Shown: in pieces, positions 59,167-64,000 of the stretch
How the letters are laid out: each line of letters starts with the position of its first letter
How positions within the stretch are numbered: position 1 is the first letter of the stretch
NCBI GenBank assembly: GCA_944381745.1
Contig: CALWMI010000038.1
Span: 23,934-87,933, forward strand
Source: an uncultured Lachnospiraceae bacterium
GTDB lineage: Bacteria > Bacillota > Clostridia > Lachnospirales > Lachnospiraceae
Direction: 5' to 3'
Length of the DNA: 64,000 nucleotides
Position numbers and translations under genes: made by a program
Notes under the pieces: generated by a model
What the model saw: only the letters and a program-made list of their open reading frames with translations
The model's database searches: none
Told to the model about the DNA's origin: nothing

Positions 59167-60579
59167 ATGTCCTTTTTTGAAACGCTCAACGACAAATTTT
59201 TCAACCCGTTCTGCTGCAGGAACCGGGCGCTCTACTTTGCGTGCATCAGCCAGCTGATTGAGAAATCAAAGGAGATCGCCGTCCTGTATGAGACGGACGC
59301 CAGAGACACGCTGATCCTGTACCTTCAGAATTGTACCTATGCGATAGAGACGGAAAATATCGGAGAGGAGATCGCCAGCGGGAGAACCCCGCAGGAAAAC
59401 GCGTCCGCCATTCTCCGGTATTTTCGCGCGTGCGGATGGATTACGCCGCAGGAGATCGGGCGCAGCGGGGACAATATCGCGTCTGTATCAGCGTACTGCC
59501 GCAAGCTGGTTGACGCAATCCACAAGATCTTTGACGGAGACGCCAACGGCGCGATCACCAACCATATTTTTTCCATGCATGAAATACTGAAGGCCTCTTT
59601 CGGCAAGGACAGCGCCCGGGCGATACGCCCCTATCAGAATATTCTGCTTCCGCTGGTGGAGAACGAATGCGACCTGAAAAATGAACTGCTGATCCTGAAG
59701 GACAGCATCCGCGAGATCATGCGCGCGGTGATGAGGATGGCAGATGCCAACAGCTTTGGCCAGTTCCTGATGAAGGACGAGCTTCTGAACCGCTTTTTCA
59801 ACGACTATTTTTTCATCAAAAAGAGCGGCCTGATCCCTTCCTATATCTCGGAGATTGACCGGATGCTGAGAAAGCTGCGCCGCTCAGAGCTGTATGGGCG
59901 GATGGTTCAGGAATATACCAAGCTGGAAAACGCGGGCGAGGCTCAGGCGAAGGAGAAGATCGACCGGCTGTTCAACGAGCTGGACAGCTTCATCAACCTG
60001 GAATACGAGCAGGAGATGTCTTACATCGACCGGAAAATCAACAACTACTACAATCTGTACTCCACCCGGATGATGATGGTGCTGAGCGAGAATACCAACC
60101 TGGAGCACGAGCTGAACCGGGTGCTTCTGCTTTTGAAAAACCTGGACGGGGAGAACCGGGAGGAGGCGCTGGCACAGCTTTCGCAGGCGCACCGCCTGAT
60201 GAGCGTGGGATATATCGGGAGGAAGTCCTTTGAGCGGAGGAAGAAGCGCAATCCCAGCCAGAAAAATGTGGGTCTTGTCACCGAAGAATTGTCCCAGGAG
60301 GAAAGGCAGCGGCTGACGGATGAACTCCTGACGGAGACGCCGGACCGCTACAGCATGGACAACGTGCAGAAGCATTTCGACAGGATTTTAAAGGGCAGGG
60401 AGCAGGCCTCCGTGGAGGAATGCGCGGTACATACCAGGGAGGATGCCACCATGGTGGCGGCCAGCATGATCTATTCAGGCACCGCCGGTTTTCCCTACGA
60501 GGTGGAATTTTTGGGAGGCATGGTGGAGACTGAGGCGGCGGCAATCAGCAACATCAACATAAAGAGGAAGAAATCATGA
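59167..60579 (+). CDS. jetA: Wadjet JetA-like (MksF/kleisin-like) protein
   Basis: About 470 aa, helical, winged-helix-like N-terminus (YFRACGWI); first of three ATGA-coupled genes ending in an SMC-like ATPase. Confidence 0.7.
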   Translation: MSFFETLNDKFFNPFCCRNRALYFACISQLIEKSKEIAVLYETDARDTLILYLQNCTYAIETENIGEEIASGRTPQENASAILRYFRACGWITPQEIGRSGDNIASVSAYCRKLVDAIHKIFDGDANGAITNHIFSMHEILKASFGKDSARAIRPYQNILLPLVENECDLKNELLILKDSIREIMRAVMRMADANSFGQFLMKDELLNRFFNDYFFIKKSGLIPSYISEIDRMLRKLRRSELYGRMVQEYTKLENAGEAQAKEKIDRLFNELDSFINLEYEQEMSYIDRKINNYYNLYSTRMMMVLSENTNLEHELNRVLLLLKNLDGENREEALAQLSQAHRLMSVGYIGRKSFERRKKRNPSQKNVGLVTEELSQEERQRLTDELLTETPDRYSMDNVQKHFDRILKGREQASVEECAVHTREDATMVAASMIYSGTAGFPYEVEFLGGMVETEAAAISNINIKRKKS

Positions 60580-61241
60580 GTGATATCCGTTTGCAGATAG
60601 CAATCAAAGAAGAGAGCAGCCATTTGTTCAAGCGCTGTATACGAAAGCTTCTGGAGTCCACCTTCATCCTGCGGGATAGGGATGAGAAGCTGTATCAGTT
60701 TGCGTCCAGGGAATCCAACCGGCAGGACATTTCCGAATACCTGCGGATGATTGGCTTCGATGTGGTTGTGGAGGAGAAGACAGGCGTGTGCATGCTGACG
60801 GCCAGCGAGGAGGACGCGGATACTGTGGGTCTGAAGCGGGCCAACGTGGTGACCTTTTCCACGCTGCAGTATCATCTGCTGCTGGCGCTCTGGAAGGTAT
60901 ATCTGGAAAATCTCGGTTACAGCGAGGGAAATTTTGTGACAAAGGGGGATCTGATCGACAAGATCAAGTCCTATGATATCCCGCTGACCCGGGCAGAGCT
61001 CAACGCCGCCTTCCGCCTGTTCAAGAAATACAGCCTGATCAATTTCGACGACAGCGAGGAAGGCGAGGATATGAAGATCCAGCTCTACCCATCGCTGCAG
61101 TTTGGCTGGGATCTTGCGCAGTTCCGGGCTGTGGCCCAGGAGTATCTGAAAGAGGAGACAGAGGAGGCCGGGGAGCCAGAGAAAACCGGGGAGCCGGGGG
61201 AAGGGATAATCCCAGAGGAATTTGAGGAGGAAGAGGAATGA
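60576..61241 (+). CDS. jetB: Wadjet JetB-like (MksE / DUF4194-like) protein
   Basis: 221 aa, YL..IGF, LLLALWK and I.LYPSL patterns, acidic tail; located between jetA and jetC. Confidence 0.7.
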   Translation: MSDIRLQIAIKEESSHLFKRCIRKLLESTFILRDRDEKLYQFASRESNRQDISEYLRMIGFDVVVEEKTGVCMLTASEEDADTVGLKRANVVTFSTLQYHLLLALWKVYLENLGYSEGNFVTKGDLIDKIKSYDIPLTRAELNAAFRLFKKYSLINFDDSEEGEDMKIQLYPSLQFGWDLAQFRAVAQEYLKEETEEAGEPEKTGEPGEGIIPEEFEEEEE

Positions 61242-64000
61242 TCCTGTTGAAGAAGGTGCGGCTGATCAACTGGTATGGGTTTTCCAATGTGACAGCTCCC
61301 ATCGGGTTTTTCACGCTGATTGCAGGGAAGAATGGAAATGGGAAATCGGTCATGCTGGACGCGGTGAAGTATGCTGCCTACGGAGATACGGTATTCAATA
61401 AGTCTTCGGAGAGCAAAGGAAGCCGCACGCTGTCCTCCTACACGCGGGGGCTGCTGGACGCCACCGCCGGGACGTATATGCGCCCGGCAGACCAGGTGCC
61501 CAATGTGTACAGCCATATTGTGCTGGAGTATTTCGACGATGTGGAGGAGAAATCCTTTCTGCTGGGGACGGTCATCGAGACAAGCGCGGCCAACAACTGC
61601 CAGACGTACCGCTATGTGATGGACCGGACGGTGATGGAGCGGGTGGAGCACACCTACGAGGAGGACGGCGTCACCATGCCCTGCAGCGCCTCTTATCTCC
61701 AGAGGAAATACCGGCTGACGCTGATGAACCGGGAGCAGGGGCTGCCGAAATTTTTGCAGATGACCGGATTAAAGCTGGCCCTGGGGCAGCTTCCCACCTA
61801 TCTTCGCAAGCTGCGGGGGATCATGTCCTATGACCCCAACGCCAGGATCGACCGCTTCATCCGGGAAAGCGTCCTGGAGGAGCGGAACGTGGATTTCGGG
61901 AAGCTGATTGAGGCGAAGGAGAACATCGAGCGGCTGAACGAGAGCTTTGCGGTCATCCAGCAGGAACTTCAGGAGCTGGATGAGATACTGGGAGAGTACG
62001 ATGCCTGGGAGGGAGAGAGAAACCGCCTGCTGGCCGACGACATCCGTATCGTCTATAAAAAGAGAAAAGAGCTGGGCCAGGAGATCGAGCGGCAGCAGAA
62101 CGACTGGGAAGTGGCGCAGAGAAGAAAAGAGGATTTGGAGAAGGAACTGGAGGCTCTGGAGCGGAGGAAGCGGGAGATCGACGGGCAGCTGGTGCAGGCC
62201 AGGGTCAGCCTGGAGCAGCTGGACAGCACGCGGATGATCGCGGAGGAAGAGCGGAGGCTAGAGGGCTTGCAGGCGCAGAAAAAGTCGCTGATGGACGCAT
62301 GCCGGAAGCTGGAGCATTTCCAGACGGTGGTCAGCGAGCTTATGAACGAGTTCTTTGAGGAAAAGACGCCGGTGGAGGATTCGGATATCCTGGCCTCCCT
62401 CTGCGGGCGGGAGCATACGGCGGCGGAAAAGGCGGCGGCGGTGGCCAGGTTCCAGCAGAAGGTGGACGAGCGCAATGACAGGCTGGCGGCTAAGGCCGCA
62501 GAGGCCGCAAAGGAGCTGGAGGAGCTGGACAAAAGCCTGCATGCGCAGCACCAGATCGCAGAGGCGTGCAGAAAGCACCGGAATACCTTTGCCCAGATTC
62601 CCGAGTATGTGGGCCTGCGGGAGGAGATCAACCGGGAATTGGAAAAGCGGCATATCCGGTCGAGGGCGCAGTTCGCATGCGAGTATGTGATCGGATTGCG
62701 GGATGAAACATGGCGGGACGCCATCGAGGCGTTTCTAGGCCCGCGCCGGTATACGATTCTGGTGGAGCCGCAGTATTACGATATCGCGGACGATGTGCTG
62801 AACCGCTCGGAACACCGGTACGCCCACCTGTTCAACACGAAGCTCCTGATGAAGAAGAAGCTCCGTGTGGAGGAGGACTCGGCGGTACACAAGCTGGAGA
62901 TCAAAAATCCAGTGGCAAAGCAATATTTTGACTACCAGCTGGGAAGGATGCATGCGGTGGAGCTGCAGGCCGTGAAGGAATACGAGAATGCCATTTCCAG
63001 GGAAGGCCGCGTGTCCGTAGCCATGGACAGCTATTTCCTGCGCTTGGACCGGATGCGCGCCTATTATCTGGGGCAGGAGGCCTTTGAGCTGAACCGGATC
63101 CGCGCGGAGAAGGAGATTGCCAGGCTGAACGAGGAGAAGAAAGAAAAGCTGGCGAAGAAGAAGCAGGTGGAGGAGCAGAAGAGCCGCGTGAAGCAGGGGC
63201 TTGCGTTCTTCACCGAGTACAGCTATGACGCCCACCGGGAATACCAGGCCGCAGCGGAAAGCGCCCGGGCGTCCAAGGAGCAGCTCCTGCGCCTGAGGAA
63301 GGCACAGGAGGACAACCAGGAATACCTGGAGCTGAACGAGCTGGCCGCACGGCTTCGCAGCGAGCAGGACGCGGCGCAGAGCGCGTATACGGCAAAGCTT
63401 CGGGAGAAGAGCGAACAGGATGCAGCCATATCCAGATGCCGGGACAAGATCGGGGAAAAGTCTGGGGAGCTGGACAAGCAGGAGAAGCGCTACCGGGAAT
63501 ATCAGACCGAATATTATACCATCGTGCAGCGGACGGTGGAGGCCTACGAAAAATACTTGGAGAATGGAAGGAAAGGCGTGGGCGGCCTATTGGCGGAAGA
63601 GACCAGGGGCCGTATCGCCAGGAGCATTGAACAGCACAAAAGCCTGCTGATGCAGAAGCAGGCGGACTACAACGCCAAGCATGCCGGGCACATGCTGCCG
63701 AGGGGGACAGACGGCAGGGAGCGGTATGCGGGCAGAAGAGAGCGCATCTGGATGGACAACCTGCAGGAGATCCGCCAGAAGCTGGAGGAGCAGACCCGCA
63801 GGTATGAGGATATCTTTAAGAATGAGTTCGTGCTGACAATCTTGAAATCCTGCCAGCGCGCCAGGGAGGACTTAAAGCAGATCAACGGGGAGCTGGCAAA
63901 GCTGCATTTTGCAGCGGAATATCAGTTTGACGTCCACTATGTCAAGGACGGCTCCGAGTATGCAAAGGTGATCGAATACGCCCGCTACCTGGACGAGCGG
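61238..64000 (+). CDS. jetC: Wadjet JetC-like SMC/MukB-type ATPase (partial, continues past the window end; absent from the ORF track)
   Basis: Manual translation MILLKKVRLINWYGF..LIAGKNGNGKS (Walker A)..FNKSS..RTLSSYTRG followed by long coiled coil; no stop noticed before the window end. Confidence 0.85.
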   Translation, partial: MILLKKVRLINWYGFSNVTAPIGFFTLIAGKNGNGKSVMLDAVKYAAYGDTVFNKSSESKGSRTLSSYTRGLLDATAGTYMRPADQVPNVYSHIVLEYFDDVEEKSFLLGTVIETSAANNCQTYRYVMDRTVMERVEHTYEEDGVTMPCSASYLQRKYRLTLMNREQGLPKFLQMTGLKLALGQLPTYLRKLRGIMSYDPNARIDRFIRESVLEERNVDFGKLIEAKENIERLNESFAVIQQELQELDEILGEYDAWEGERNRLLADDIRIVYKKRKELGQEIERQQNDWEVAQRRKEDLEKELEALERRKREIDGQLVQARVSLEQLDSTRMIAEEERRLEGLQAQKKSLMDACRKLEHFQTVVSELMNEFFEEKTPVEDSDILASLCGREHTAAEKAAAVARFQQKVDERNDRLAAKAAEAAKELEELDKSLHAQHQIAEACRKHRNTFAQIPEYVGLREEINRELEKRHIRSRAQFACEYVIGLRDETWRDAIEAFLGPRRYTILVEPQYYDIADDVLNRSEHRYAHLFNTKLLMKKKLRVEEDSAVHKLEIKNPVAKQYFDYQLGRMHAVELQAVKEYENAISREGRVSVAMDSYFLRLDRMRAYYLGQEAFELNRIRAEKEIARLNEEKKEKLAKKKQVEEQKSRVKQGLAFFTEYSYDAHREYQAAAESARASKEQLLRLRKAQEDNQEYLELNELAARLRSEQDAAQSAYTAKLREKSEQDAAISRCRDKIGEKSGELDKQEKRYREYQTEYYTIVQRTVEAYEKYLENGRKGVGGLLAEETRGRIARSIEQHKSLLMQKQADYNAKHAGHMLPRGTDGRERYAGRRERIWMDNLQEIRQKLEEQTRRYEDIFKNEFVLTILKSCQRAREDLKQINGELAKLHFAAEYQFDVHYVKDGSEYAKVIEYARYLDER

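Overview
A 64-kb, GC-rich chromosomal segment, most likely from a spore-forming Lachnospiraceae/Clostridiales gut bacterium (inferred from gene content). The first ~51 kb is mostly housekeeping: folate operon (folC-folE-HD protein-folP-folBK) with pheA, lplA, ppx-ppk1, fabH, a GerA/SpoVAF-family gene, DegV, cotJABC, an FtsW-family gene, feoAB-ZIP, the acpP-fabKDGF-accB-fabZ-accC-accDA operon, a UvrA-like ATPase, an NCS2 permease and an AmmeMemoRadiSam pair. The last ~12 kb looks accessory and partly lower in GC: an Amt-PII fusion with an ANTAR-type leader, pyrG, a decayed surface transglutaminase-like gene, a Phd-PIN toxin-antitoxin pair and a Wadjet-like jetABC operon that runs off the window. 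The most unexplained feature is a ~1.55-kb AT- and purine-rich segment (about 8780-10334) between lplA and ppx. It lies between a near-consensus sigma-A promoter and an intrinsic terminator, has no convincing long ORF, and is full of nested stems and two families of internal repeats, so it is a candidate large structured non-coding RNA. Other leads are a 279-bp element with terminal inverted repeats and complementary (kissing) loops plus a family of ~45-bp palindromic derivatives, a WYL regulator next to an RxxxxH (HEPN-like) orphan, and an HD hydrolase that may fill the FolQ step. No rRNA, tRNA, CRISPR array or intact transposase was recognised. All family assignments come from motif recognition by eye; no database searches were run.
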